DNA from: Dimorphilus gyrociliatus
Lineage: Eukaryota > Animalia > Annelida
Direction of reading: 5' to 3'
NCBI GenBank assembly: GCA_904063045.1
Contig: CAJFCJ010000003.1
Coordinates: 124,001-188,000, forward strand
Length of the DNA stretch: 64,000 nucleotides
The number at the start of each line of letters is the position of its first letter. Within the stretch, counting starts at the first letter, position 1. The position numbers and the translations under genes are program-made. This document shows positions 13,801 through 37,427 of this stretch, one piece after another. The notes under the pieces are model-generated. The model was not told the DNA's origin. It searched no databases and saw only the letters and a list, made by a program, of their open reading frames with translations.

Positions 13801-16800
13801 AAATGGCATATGCATATTTTAATTTATATTTATAAGGGCTAGCCCTAAATGAAATAATTGTTAGGAATTAACGAATTACTCTTTGCTTTCAGGTTGAATT
13901 GGACAAACTAATTTCAGTCAATCTAAGCACAGCACATCCCCATTTTGAACCAGACGGTTCAATGATTAACTTTGGAGTACAATTTGGGAAGAGTTCCAAT
14001 TATCATGTAATAAAAATTCCTCCAATAGACAAAGGTAAGATAATAGAAGAGAGAGAGAGAGAGAGATTATATACAGTACATATATAGAAATATAGAAATA
14101 TAATCGCTTGTTTATTATTTGAAAGAGAGAGGGGTGGGGGAGTAAGAAATGAGAGAAATCTTCACTATTATTATATACACAGTAACACTTATACAAAAGT
14201 GGAAAATAGCAACAAAAGAAAAAAATGATATATAATTAATAAAATGACTTGTAATACCTATAATTTCTATTTCTATTTTAACACAGAATGTACGGACTCG
14301 ATTGATTATGCTGAAAGGATTGCTACTCTTCCTGTTCTAACATCACCAACATATTTTCATAGTTTTGGTATGACGGAAAATTATATAATATTCATTGAGC
14401 AACCGTATTACCTAAATATCCTATCAATACTATCGACAAGAGTGACAAATAAATCCTACCAGGATTGCTATGAATGGAGACAAGGCATAAAAGTGAGTAT
14501 TTGAAATATCGTATAGTATTTTACATAGTTTATAAGCACTTTACTCTGCTTATAAAAATGTAATTGTTATGAAAAGTTAATTGTTATGAATAACGACAAG
14601 AAATAATTGAAAAATATGAAAAACAACCTCTAATGTTAATATTATACAGTATTAATGCTATTATTAGTAATAGTGTTTTTATTTTTATCTTCTTTATCCA
14701 TCTACCTATTCATACTTCCTTTTCTGCCTCACTTCGTGACTTCCTCTCCATGACTCTCTCTCTCTCTCTCTCTCTCCCTGCATTCGCCAAACTAAATCAA
14801 TCAAATTATTACTTTCCTTACTTTACTTCCACTTCTAAAAATAATTGTTAAATATACTTTATGGTCTTTCAATGTAAAGAATTTAATTACGCAATAATTA
14901 TGGAGAGTAGACAGGAAGAGGATTATTCAAACTATACAATTTAAAGCATATAATTTGTCCTTGCTGACACTTTCTTATTAAATATTGATGTTTCTGATGG
15001 AATTTCTAAATGGATAAGCACCTGAAACTTCGATAACGTGATTGTAACTTTTTCTAATAATGTTATCTTGACAGTCATTGTCGCAAAATTATAAATAGTA
15101 GCAAACTTGACCTTTTGTTTGCAACAGGAATTAGAGAGGATATTGCAAGAAATAACAATTTCTAGCCGTAGGCCTGTTTGATTTATAACTAAGAATTGTC
15201 GCAAGGCTTTAGATAAATACTTATAATGGTTAAATAGGAGAAAAACTAATGAGAGAGACGAGAAGAGGAAAGGGTTAATTCTAATGAATGAATGAATGAA
15301 TGAATGAATGAATAATTGCAATAATTAAAAATAAACGATATTTAGCAACATACGTAAATCTGTATGATTTCTATTTCAGAATGTTTTCCACGTTATTAAC
15401 AAGGAAACTAAAGAAGTTTCTCAAGTGAAATACGTTTCCGATCCCTTCTTTTTCTTCCACTTAATTAATGCGTACGAAGATGAAAATCATATCGTTATCG
15501 ACGCCATTTGCTATCCTGATGACAAAATTGTTAATGCTTTCTTTCTAGCAAATTTAAGGCAAGGTCCTCACGTCGAAGGTAATTAAACAGATATTCTAAT
15601 TAAATCAATTAGTTTTATTTATATCCTTGCTATTTACTAAAGGTTATGAGAATTTTCCGGCGCCAGATGTAAGGAGATATGTACTTCCTTTAAACGTTCC
15701 GGAAGGTGTTCCAGAAGGCGCCAAAGAGAATTTAGTATCAATCGACAGTAGAGCATTCGCCAAGAAAAAGGATAATACAACAATCTTTCTGGCACCAGAA
15801 AGATTTGCTCACGCTTGTAAGTTAATAATCTAACAATTTATTGACGTATTGCAGTCGACTCTAACCGTATTTTACATGTTAAATTACTGTTGCATTTCTA
15901 TTGTAAAGAAACCCTCTTCATCTTCTTCTTCTCCCTCTTCTATTAATTACCAGATATAATCCTAGCCTTTGTTATATTTTATTCATTTCGTAAAATTCTG
16001 TACGGATCGATTGGTTATTATTATTATGATTATTATTCTTATTTGTCATGGTATTAAACTTATTAATATTATCGTACGTTACCTGTTTGCCAGCGTTCGA
16101 GATGCCCAGGATAAACTACGATTCGTACAACACAAAGAAATATCGTTACGCTTACGGAGCCAATATGAGAAAATCAGAGATGAATGAGGTAAGAAATTTG
16201 TTTTTATTTTTTCATACGCCGTTTACGAAATAGAGTACTTTAGCGGAAATTCCCACAATAGCTATTACCTTTCAAATGTTGGACGTTTTTTTTTCCTTTT
16301 ATTCACCTTCCTTCCTCTCTCTCTCTCTCCTTCCATTACCATCGTCGGCGTCGTCTTGCGTGAAAAACGCTTGTCTGTAGGTTTTAGTAAATAGTTTATC
16401 GACCTGATGAAGATATTTTCAAAGTCAGGTATTTGTCTTCTATGTCGTACGCCCCATTTTCCATACTAGACGAGACATAAACAGTATATTTTTAGTTTAT
16501 ACACCTATGGGAATATTTATTAGTTTAGAGATTCCCTCTCCATATACGGAGAAAAGGTTCGTCATCATTTAAGAGAAGAAAAAGTTGATATGTCTTAATA
16601 TCCTATCTTCTTCTCTTCCAGTTTTATATTTAGATCAAGTTATTAAATTATTCAAGTTGAGTAGAGATAAGTAAAGAAATAAGATTTCTATGTAATGAAT
16701 AATTATTGGCAGTTTAAGTGAAATAAAATCTTTTAGCAGTTGAACTTGTCTAGTGTAGTTTTTTACTTTTCTTTCCTCCTTCTCCTTTGCTTTGCTTGAT

Positions 16801-17234
16801 TTATCTTGCTAATAATTATTACTTTCTCTTCAAAACAGTTGGTTAAAATTGATTGGCTAACAAAGAAAGTTAACAGATGGTATGAAAATGAGGATTGGAT
16901 AGTCGGTGAACCAGTTTTTATTCCGAAACCTAATCCAACAGCCGAAGACGATGGTAAATATTACTGCAGAATATATAAATATATTCGTTTATTTCCAGTC
17001 GATAGATGGCGTCAATATAGTTGTTCTTACTCTTTTCTTGTTTTGCTAGGCGTGGTTTTATCACCAGTAATAAGCTCTTTGCCAGGAGAATCGGCGTTCC
17101 TACTCGTTCTGGATGCTACTTCCTTTACAGAACTTGCTAGAGCGGAAATTCCTTCCGACGTTCACGTTCCATTAAATTTTCATGGTAACTTTGTAAAAAA
17201 GTGTTATCCAGCTCCTCCATCGTCATCCGTCTAA
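10089..17234 (+). CDS. Carotenoid cleavage oxygenase (BCO1/BCO2/RPE65/NinaB family), about 528 aa
   Basis: Exons 10089-10155, 12186-12589, 13893-14034, 14287-14492, 15380-15578, 15643-15816, 16094-16188, 16839-16953 and 17050-17234 join in frame (1587 nt). Family motifs: GTIPSWLTGTLFRNGPG, HLFDG, PDPCKN, FEMPRINY, EPVFIP-AEDDG. All four Fe-binding His are present (TAHPH, YFHSF, FFHLIN, LNFHG). The subfamily cannot be assigned without phylogeny. Confidence 0.95.
13710..13797. repeat. Compound microsatellite (GAGT)n-(GAGG)n-(GAAA)n-(GA)n
   Basis: Direct reading; intronic in the carotenoid oxygenase. Confidence 0.95.
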
Positions 17235-17263
17235 CTAGACTTTTAATATTTCCCTTCGTCGAG

Positions 17264-17360
17264 TACTACTACTACTACTACTACTACTCTTCCTTCTTCT
17301 TCTTCTTCTTCTTCTTCTTCTTCTTCTTCGTCTTCGTCTTATTCGTCTTATTATTGTTAC
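17264..17360. repeat. Compound trinucleotide microsatellite (TAC)n-(TTC)n-(TTCGTC)n in the carotenoid oxygenase 3' UTR
   Basis: Direct reading; starts 30 nt after the stop codon. Confidence 0.95.
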
Positions 17361-20300
17361 TATTATCCGTCTTTGATAATCGTACACTAGGGTTGATAGC
17401 GTACGTAAATCAATTAACATATTATACAAGATATCCTGTAAAAAATGGACATGCAGTAGGAAATAAAAAAAAAGAAAGCGTCTCAAAACTTATAATATAC
17501 TGCATGTACATTTAAAAGAGAAAAAGAGAGCACTTGTACTGTACACGCTTTTGTCTACAGTATTATACTATCTGCATATATATATATATATATATATAGA
17601 CATATAAATGTCTTTTCACTGTATAAGGAAGGAAACTATGAGAGAAAATTGATTGTAGATAGATAGATAGATGAATCGATAGATAAAAGATAACTTTTTA
17701 AAAAAAGTAATAAAAGAAATTTATTCATTCTATTAAAAATATTAAAAAAACATCAATAAAAAAGAAAAAATCTATAAACAAAAAGAAAATCCAACTCAAC
17801 CCAACAAAAATAGAGACCAACCCCTACTGCAGTTAGATTTATTTTCAACGTTTCATTTTCTCTTAATATTGTACTGAAACTTAACAAAAGAGAGAGAGAG
17901 AGAGAGCAGAAAAGGAGAATATAAAAAACCTTATCAAAAAAAGAAACCTTTAAAAGTAACATAGTTTTAAAGGGAAGGCTTTCAGATAGCTTTAAACAAT
18001 TTACTTGTCTCTTTCTCCTCTTAATCAATCAATCAATCAGCCCCACCATATTATTTTTTTATTTTAACTTTGCATATATTATGCAAATGAATTTATGTCT
18101 TATGGGAAATCTAGTGGATCTATTATATAATATACTTGTAGGAGTATACGTATAAAACGTTCTCTATGTGTCGATTGTTGAGTACGTAATACAGAGAAAA
18201 GTGGCTGTAAAGGTTTAGCAAACGTAAGAAATAGTGTTGAAATAGAACAAATTCGACGAATGAACTGCAGTGTTAAGTGTGTACGAATCGTATCTCTGTT
18301 GTATCTAATTGTTTATATTATACACAGTGTTTATGTTCAATGCCAATATATAAAAATGTGTTGATTGGTGGCGACATCTTTATTCCTTATGAGGTAGCAA
18401 ATTACAATAAAGACTAAAGTTATTCCATTGTCTTGAAACGTGTTAAATAATATTGTAAAGAAAAATTAAAAGAGAGAGATAGAGAGAGAGAGAAGAGAAT
18501 ACACTGTGTAGGCTTAAAGTACTGGTAGGTTGAATTAGAATGAGAGAAAAAAAGGTTAATTACTAATACAAAAAAAGTAATTGTAGACTTTTATACACAA
18601 ATTTAAGTAGAAATTAACGAAAATAAAAGACTAAATTCAACAATAAAAAACCTATTATTTTCATTTTAGAAACTACGAAATAAAATTCCTTTTCCTTCTC
18701 CTCCTTCTCCTTCTCCTCAATCTATCTTCTTCCTTCTCTTCTCTCCCATTTCCCTTATCGACATAGAATCATCGCACAAAATGTTTAATTGGAATACGGA
18801 AAGGTTACAAGGTCTTTTTGTTTTGTAACTGATAGGATATTTTTTTATCTGTGTATGAATGTGCGTGTGTGTGTATGTATGTGTGTGCGCGTGTGCGTGT
18901 TTGCGTATATGTTGGTGGGTGGTGTGGGTGGTGGGTTGATCGGTCAGCCGACTGGCGAGTGGGTGAATAGATAAGAGCAGAGGAAAAGGGTGTAATGACG
19001 AGAATAGGAAGTATGAAGACGGATAAGTAAATAATAGGCGAGGGAGAGAGGAGAGAGAGACGGAATGTATTAATTACTCATCAAACAGTAGGACATGGCT
19101 AAAAACTTTCGTATGCTATTCGCGTAAATGATTTCTTGGGAATGGGTTTTCTTTTTGTTTTTTAAATATTAAAAAACCTTCTTTTTCCGGTTTGGCAGCT
19201 TAGTAATACAAGCAGCAGTCAGTCAGTTTTCATTACCAGTCAGAAAAGTCTGTTAACCAGGCGTCTTTCCTGCATGAATCATACGTTTTACGCGTGCATC
19301 CAAGAAAATTTTCAACCTATAACAATAGGCTTAATTGAAAAGGTGCAGAGAGACCCGTAGCAGTAAGAGAGAGAGAAAGAGAGAGAGGGTCGCTGGGTAA
19401 TGAATAAGAGAAAGTTGTACATTTAGAAACCTGTTTCACCAGTTGTATTTAATCAGGAGAATGATATGCTAATATTGCCCTTAAAGCTATAAGGTTAACA
19501 AGTGTAAAAGGAGAATAAGGATAGGTTTTTTTTTCGTTTTCACACCAAATGTTTCTTTTAGTTTCATAAGGAGATTTTAATAATAATGAAAGATTTACCA
19601 TAAACCAAAAGCTATACATCATTGATTTATCTTTGTCCTTTCTATTGGATTAAGTGATTTTCTTTTAAATATAACTCTGTTGTTATTATTTATTACTAGC
19701 ACCTTTATCTTATTTTTCAATAGAATTATTCATACAAATTTTCCATTAATAATTCAATTTATATCTTATCAGTGTTTGTCATGATATGATTGGATTTTTT
19801 TCCAAAAAAAAAGAGAAAAAATTCTCTGTTTTAGATAAATCATTTATCTATAAGGTTCATTGTACTTTGCTTTAAACGGTATATTGCCAATTTCCTATCT
19901 AATTCTCCTCTTTTTATATTTTTATCTTTTTTGTTGGCAATTGGAGAATAAAAAAGAAAGTTGAAGAGAGAAATTACAACGTTCTCTTACTTCGTTTAGA
20001 CAATTTTTTTTAACATATCTTTAAATTATTCAATTTAATTTTCGCGAGAAAAACGACCCTTTTAACATGCTTATTTGGATTTTCACTCTTCTTTACCCTC
20101 TCTTCTCTCTGCCTAGTGTAATTGCGTTTTTATTTATAGCACATTGGGTTACTACTTTTTGAATATACGCAACGTATTCAATAGGTGGTGGACTATGACT
20201 AGACGCAGGAGACGAGGGAAAGAAGGGCAAAGATAATGGAAAAGATACGAGAATAATAAAGATAGTTTTCTTTTTTATGTCGAACAAATGAAAAACAGAT

Positions 20301-20539
20301 TTAAAGAAGAGAGACAAAAAATGACCTAAAGAATATTATTCGTCGATTTCTTATATTGCATATTTCTTTGCCGTAAGGACAGATACTTTACTCTTCTTCT
20401 CTTCTCTTCTCTTCTCTTCACTCTTCTTTCTTATCCTTTCCTATTTTCAGTCTTTCTCTTTTATTCTTTTTTTTCCAAACGAAAGGCTTAAGGACAAACT
20501 ACTATTGATCCGTTGCCAAAATTTAACGTATCGATTTCC

Positions 20540-20583
20540 GGGACTTTCCGAAATCTTATTGGCTAACGCCCAGTCACGTGACT
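20540..20583 (+). promoter_or_regulatory. Promoter motif cluster: kappaB-like GGGACTTTCC, reverse CCAAT box, palindromic E-box/CLEAR-like AGTCACGTGACT
   Basis: GGGACTTTCC at 20540-20549, ATTGG at 20558-20562 and GTCACGTGAC at 20573-20582, about 120 bp upstream of ATG 20702 in a CpG-richer patch. Confidence 0.65.
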
Positions 20584-20701
20584 ATAGCGAAAATTTTATG
20601 CGACGACAGTCGAATCTTGGGCCTCGTATGTTGTGCACGTTTTTTTTTATAAGTAGATAAGTACTTGTTCGGCAACGTTCTTTTGGTTTATAGAATGAAT
20701 A

Positions 20702-22108
20702 ATGGATATAGATAATCTGGAAAAATCTCCTGGAAGAAGAGCAGATGCAAGTTATAAGCCGTTTAAAAGTTCAAGGTCATTCTCCAGTGGTAAGGAACTA
20801 GACGACGCCGAAGTGACGTCGTTGGATAAACAACGTGTGGAAAGTCAATTTCGAAGTCAGAAGAGTAAAGTTTACGTTTGCAATTGCCTGGCCAAGCTAT
20901 ATGAAACTTCGAAGACTTCTTCAATCGAACTAGTGACGTATAAGAAATGAAGAGCTTTCCACCAGAAATACTTAATAGCAATACAAAAGAAATATGCCAT
21001 CATTATTTCGGCAAATATTTCCACTTGACCAGTTTCCCCTACTGAATTTAGATAAGCCAAGGAAAATACTCTATTAACCTTTTTATTCATTTTTTTCATT
21101 CATTCATTCATTCATTTTGTCTATTTATTTTTCATACTCTTTTTTCTGTTATTCTCTATTGTTCTCAATCTCTTAGCCTCTACCTCCTCTCATGCCTCTC
21201 ATCCTCCCTCTCCTCCTCCCTCTCTCTATCTCTTTTCTCTTTTCTCTTTTCATTCATCTTTCTCTCAATCATACAAATTAGATTTATGTCATCGTTAAAA
21301 CTACATTTTATATTATTTATTGATATAGAATAATAAGAGAGAGAGAAAAAAATGACTTTAGCATCCTACTAAAAAGCATCCTTCGAGATAATTAAAGGTG
21401 AAAAATGTTGTTTTTCTAAGCGGCTTTCCAACATATTCAGCTGTTTATCTTTTATTAAAGAGACAAAGATAGAAGGAAGATAGAAAAAGTATGATATAAA
21501 TATATATCTAATCCGTTTTGTTTTTAATTAAAGGAGGTGATGTTAATTACAAGTATATATACTAATATATATAAATTTAGATATATGTATATTGTATAAT
21601 TTAGTGTTTTATTAAAGAAGCTTGCCTTTACGAGAAAAGCTCTTAGAATGAAATCATTACATTTCTTAAACGTCACTAGAATAAACCGGGAAAATGGAAC
21701 TTTAAATGCAATGGAATTCCTACTTTACTACTTCAAACGATTTATGGTAAAAATCAATTGCAAATAATTATAGCCAATAAGAGAACGGGTTTTGAAATGT
21801 GGAGAGAGACTGTTTTGGAGAATTCTAGATACTTTACAGATTCAGAACTATTTCATTTGTTTAAAAAGAACGAAAAAATCCCAGGACTCTTTGGTATAAC
21901 GTTCGAAGAGAGAAAATCCGCCGTAGAATTTTTTACAATGTTTCAAGAGTTTCTTAGGGAATCCAGATCAACTTCATCAATTGATAGAAGATGTAGAGCA
22001 AAGAAAAAGGTCATGAAAGATTCAATATCTGTCCCTTGCTGCTTTAATCACGTCTTTTCAATGAATAGTTCTGAAGGGTTTGATTTATTAAGAGAAGTTA
22101 AGAAATAA
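20702..22108 (+). CDS. Small WH1/EVH1-like plus CRIB-like protein, similar to insect MESR3-type proteins, about 219 aa
   Basis: Exon 20702-20932 (weak donor CTA|GTGACG, phase 0) and exon 21680-22108 (TAG acceptor 21677-21679). The product has a WH1/PH-like pattern (LAKLY...W...GIPTLLL...QIIIANKRTGFEMWRE...FHLF...GITFEERKSAVEF), then a basic patch and a CRIB-like ISVPCCFNHV. MESR3 resemblance is from recalled sequence, not a database search. Confidence 0.75.
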
Positions 22109-23115
22109 TGAAGAGAAATGAGAGAAATTTTATGAATTTTTATCATCAAAAATTCTTTTGTTTCTGTCTTTCTTGAATTTATATAAAAAAGAAAAAACAA
22201 CTTTTATGCAAAAACAAAAAAAAAGGAAAAAAAAAGCAGACTGATTGATTGAAAAAATGATGGAAAAAATGAAAGGAGAAACAAACCTCAAACTATAAAA
22301 TATCAGGAATAAAATCTGAATATATATAAATATAAGCTTTTTTCATTTTTTTAAGTGAAAAAACTAATAAATTTGATAATATTTGTTTCACATTTTGGAA
22401 TTAAATGACAAAAGAGTAACGAAATTGAATAATAAAGAATTCTTAAGTAGACATACTTCTACAATAACAACAACTGTCACTAAACTACTAAATATTCATA
22501 ATGATAAAACCTCAAAGAATCGATCGATAATTCATTTATTCATAATTCTACTATTTAATTTAATATACTCTATCGGTTATAAGATTAAAAGGACCAACAG
22601 AAATTACTAATTACACATACATATATAATGTATATATAGTGTATATACTGGATACTGTATATATATAATAAACACTGTAAACCTAACCTTCAATCACTAT
22701 TGATTAGGAAAAAGGAAAAAAAACCCACACAAAAAAATAAGTATTGCGTAATAAGATTAAGTTTCTATTTTTCCATTTGCTCTAGTTATCTTCTTTCTTC
22801 TTTATAGTTTGATTCTTTTATTTATTGACAATTAACTTAGAAAATAGGACTATTCTTTAATTAAACTATCTAATAGATAGATCAAATTAATTAAATATTT
22901 TACAAACTAACCAAACTAACTAAACTATTAAATTAAGTATTAATTAACTCTCTTATGGAACTTTCCAACAAATACATTCATTGTCACAACGAATTATATA
23001 AGCTATATTACTAAGTTTTATTTCATTTTTCATATTTTCTTCTTTAATCTCTTCTCCTCCACCTCACACTATTCTTCTTCGGCTTCTTCTCCTTTCTCCT
23101 CCCCTTCTCGATAGT

Positions 23116-33882
<10,767 letters not shown>

Positions 33883-34109
33883 GTTTAGTTGTTATTCTGC
33901 AGGGAGATTATTTTCCAGTGCAAACAGAATAATAAACATCAAAAATGAAACAAGAAAATTTTCGTCGCTCTTCTTGCTAATTAAAATTAATCGATTGTTT
34001 GTCCATTCATCTTATCCTATAGAGAATATACCGCATAATCTATATTATACAGTATATTTAATATTAATGCACATATACTATATATACTGTATATATATAT
34101 ATATATATA

Positions 34110-35706
34110 CAGTCCCGATAAAAAGTCTCGGCCAGGGTTGTTCTCAGAGTGGAAAAAGTGAATTATTTAACTAACAGGACTTGCTTAATTATCTTTTTTT
34201 GTTTAGAATGAAGGATAAGACATATATACAACCGAATTTATAAATAGAATTCATTAAAAAATTTTTCCTGCTTTACAGTATTTTTTATTTAAAAATTTTC
34301 AAAAACAAGGAGGAGAAAAAATTTCGGCCATGTTCCCTGTTCCTGCCCAAAAAATAGATAATTATCAGACAAAAACCCCATTAATATTTTTCTATGACAT
34401 TTCCTGAGTAGTGTTACACAATCAGAGAACAACAGAACAATAAAAAATTAAAAAATGGGCAAGATAAGTCTTGAAATGAGACAGAAAATTGTACAATTAA
34501 ATAAAAGAGGGCTAAGCCAGGTCAAAATATCGAAAGAGCTAAATATTCCTCGTACAAGTGTGAGATACAACCTAAAAAAGGCAAAAGAATGTTCTTCAAT
34601 GGAAGACAAACCAAGATCTGGTCGTCCAAGAAAGATATGCGAATCAGATAAGAGGAATCTTATTATAATTCAAAAAAAAAACCCATTTTTTTCTGCCAGA
34701 CAGGCATACAATGAGTGGAGTATGGCAGGTAAGGTAAGTTTATCTTCTGCTAAGAAGATCCTTTATAATTATGGGCTAAAGAGCTATGTGGCAAAGGTGA
34801 AACCATTGACTAACTCAGGTAACCGAAAGAAGAGAATTCTCTTTGCCAAAAAAATTCTTAAAAAAACTGAGGAGGAGATAGAAAGCTACATATTTTCGGA
34901 TGAATCAACTTTGGAGCTGTACCCAAAGCAAAAGACAAGAGTCAGATGCAAAACAGGAGATAAACATCTACCACAATATTGCAGAAAGAGCTTTAAAGCA
35001 AAGAACTGCAAGGTAATGATTTGGGGAGCTATAAAATGTGATGGTTCCAGAGCTCTTGCATTTTGTGACGAATCCATGGATTCACAGCAATACATAGAGA
35101 TTCTAAAAGATCATCTATTGCCTATATACACTAGACAAAACACATTTCAGCAGGATGGGGCAAGATGCCATACCTCGAAAATTTCTAAAACATTCCTCAG
35201 AAAAAATAAAATAAAATTTATAAAAGATTGGCCTGCCCAAAGTCCTGATATCAATATAATAGAAAACCTTTGGGCAGTGCTTAAAAAGAGGGTCTATGAA
35301 AAATTACCCAAAAATTTGAATGATTTGAAGATACTTATAAAAGATGAATTTTTTTCCATTTCTGGGGACTACATAAAAAATCTATACAGATCAATCAAAA
35401 AAAGGTGTCGACTAGTTATCCAAAAAAAAGGTTATGCAATAAACTATTAGTTTAAAATTGACATTTGATAAGTTTTTTGCAAGCATGGCCGAAATTTTTT
35501 CTCCTCCTTGTTTTTGAAAATTTTTAAATAAAAAATACTGTAAAGCAGGAAAAATTTTTTAATGAATTCTATTTATAAATTCGGTTGTATAAATGTCTTA
35601 TCCTTCATTCTAAACAAAAAAAGATAATTAAGCAAGTCCTGTTAGTTAAATAATTCACTTTTTCCACTCTGAGAACAACCCTGGCCGAGACTTTTTATCG
35701 GGACTG
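34110..35706 (+). mobile_element. Full-length Tc1-family DNA transposon (1597 bp), IR/DR-type, DD35E
   Basis: 223-bp TIRs at 34110-34332 and 35484-35706 with one mismatch that I could find, termini CAGTCCCG...CGGGACTG, and TA on both sides within (TA)n. A TCGGCCA core is repeated at the outer and inner ends of each TIR. It encloses one intact transposase ORF. Confidence 0.97.
34455..35450 (+). CDS. Tc1-like transposase, 331 aa, intact
   Basis: Paired-like HTH N-terminus, GRPR motif, FSDES...FQQDG...WPAQSPDINIIE catalytic triad. I count 35 residues between the second D and the E. Confidence 0.97.
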   Translation: MGKISLEMRQKIVQLNKRGLSQVKISKELNIPRTSVRYNLKKAKECSSMEDKPRSGRPRKICESDKRNLIIIQKKNPFFSARQAYNEWSMAGKVSLSSAKKILYNYGLKSYVAKVKPLTNSGNRKKRILFAKKILKKTEEEIESYIFSDESTLELYPKQKTRVRCKTGDKHLPQYCRKSFKAKNCKVMIWGAIKCDGSRALAFCDESMDSQQYIEILKDHLLPIYTRQNTFQQDGARCHTSKISKTFLRKNKIKFIKDWPAQSPDINIIENLWAVLKKRVYEKLPKNLNDLKILIKDEFFSISGDYIKNLYRSIKKRCRLVIQKKGYAINY

Positions 35707-37396
35707 TATATATATATATAAATATATCGAAAATATTCCTCTTCTTATTTATTGTTGTTTTCTCGTTCCTGTTGTCCTTCGGAGTCTTCTTTGTCTTGTT
35801 GTCTCTCCTCAACTAGTTCTTAGCCTCTTCTTTCATATATACAATTTTAGCCTCTACTGGCTTTTTCCAATCCTATATTGCCAAATTTTTGTCGGTGACA
35901 ATACGATTTTATTGGTCCAATCGATTAGCAATCTTTACAAACTAATCGATCCTTTTATATTTAACTAGTTTTGCACGTGCTCAACAACCAAGTGTTAAAT
36001 AAATAACATTAGAGAATTTCTCGTGTTTACTGTATTTATCTGATATATGGTTTGTCAATTTTCCGTTAGATGGAGTTTTACAGCTGTAACTAGTGGCCTC
36101 TAGGCTTATTTTACTTTAAGGTCACCTTCTAAAGGAAAATAGCGCCTTAAAACGAGTATAATAGCTTTTAGGAAGTAATTGGATGGTCCTGTTCCCATAA
36201 AATTTTACTTTCTCTTGGTGTAAACTAGAAAAAAGCAAATTTTTAATAAACTTTTCCCCTTTTCAAACATTTCCACTCGATAGAACGCTATCTATTGGCT
36301 AAAAATCTAACTACTCAATAAAATAAAAGACAACAACGTATGGATAAAATGTAGCACGATAGGAGGAAAGAGAATGCCAGATACGAACGATATCTTCTTT
36401 CTCTTTCCTTTTGAAACATAATAAAATAGGGCAAATTCAATTTAGATATTTGAAAAGAGAGGAGTGAAAAATACTGTACTGTAGTTCTAAGGAGAGGGAT
36501 AAAATGGAAAGATAGCGTAGTGTAGCCAACACATAATTCTATAATGAAATTTAGAATCTCCTGTCGAAATGTCAACAGAGAAAAAACGATATGATTGAGG
36601 TAGTTTTCAGAGTCACTGCTTGTTAACAAGCAGAGCATCAACCGATCAATTTCATCCTCAATCCCTGCCTGAACAATTGGTCAAGTTTTTCGCCTTAACT
36701 ACAACCTTTAGCCTCGCGGTCTCTTAATATTGATCAATAGTTGGTAAACTGTCTGTCAAGCGTAATAAGGAAGAAAGTAGTAGAAGTAAAAGTGACAGAT
36801 GTGGTAGTAACAGCAACAATACAAGTAATAGTGATGTCGATAGTACTAGAATATAAACTCTAAAAGACGATGACGAAAATGATGAAAGAAGAGAGAAGAA
36901 AAGTGAAAAATTGAGTAAAATTTACTCTGAAAGAAAGATCTCCCTTGACGAATATTGGATGTTTTGAAAATATTTTTAAATGTTTGTAAAGAAATTGCTG
37001 TTGATTATATTTTGACGGAAGACGCCAAGGAAAGGAGAATGACTGAAAGAAGATAGCATAATGTGTGAAATAGAAAAGTAGAAAAATATTTGAAAGACAT
37101 TATGATGAGAAAAATTAAATAATGAGACTGGATTGTCAAATTTATCCAAGAGCAAGGACTTGGCAATTTTTACTTTTATTCTCCTTTCTCTTTTCTCATT
37201 CACGCACCCACTCAGTCACTCGCTCACTCATTTTGTAAATTTCTCTCTCTTTTCTCTTCGTTTCTCCCTCTCCCTCCCCCTCTCTGTTGCCTACTTTCTG
37301 CCTTGTTTTCTATTTGTAACATCAGATGGATAATAGGTAAACGTGTATATAACTTAGAATAGGACCTTTTAAAAACATATAAAAGACTGCTTAAGA

Positions 37397-37427
<31 letters not shown>

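Noticed and set aside
14941-15321. 126-aa minus-strand ORF inside an oxygenase intron, and a 40-nt + strand pseudo-exon near 15128-15167
   Set aside because: The ORF starts in an (ATTC)n repeat and has no motif; the pseudo-exon would frameshift the gene and has a weak donor.
18913-18963. G-rich GGT/GGGT tract, possible G-quadruplex
   Set aside because: Irregular G-runs continuous with a (GT)n microsatellite; not distinguishable from simple-repeat decay.
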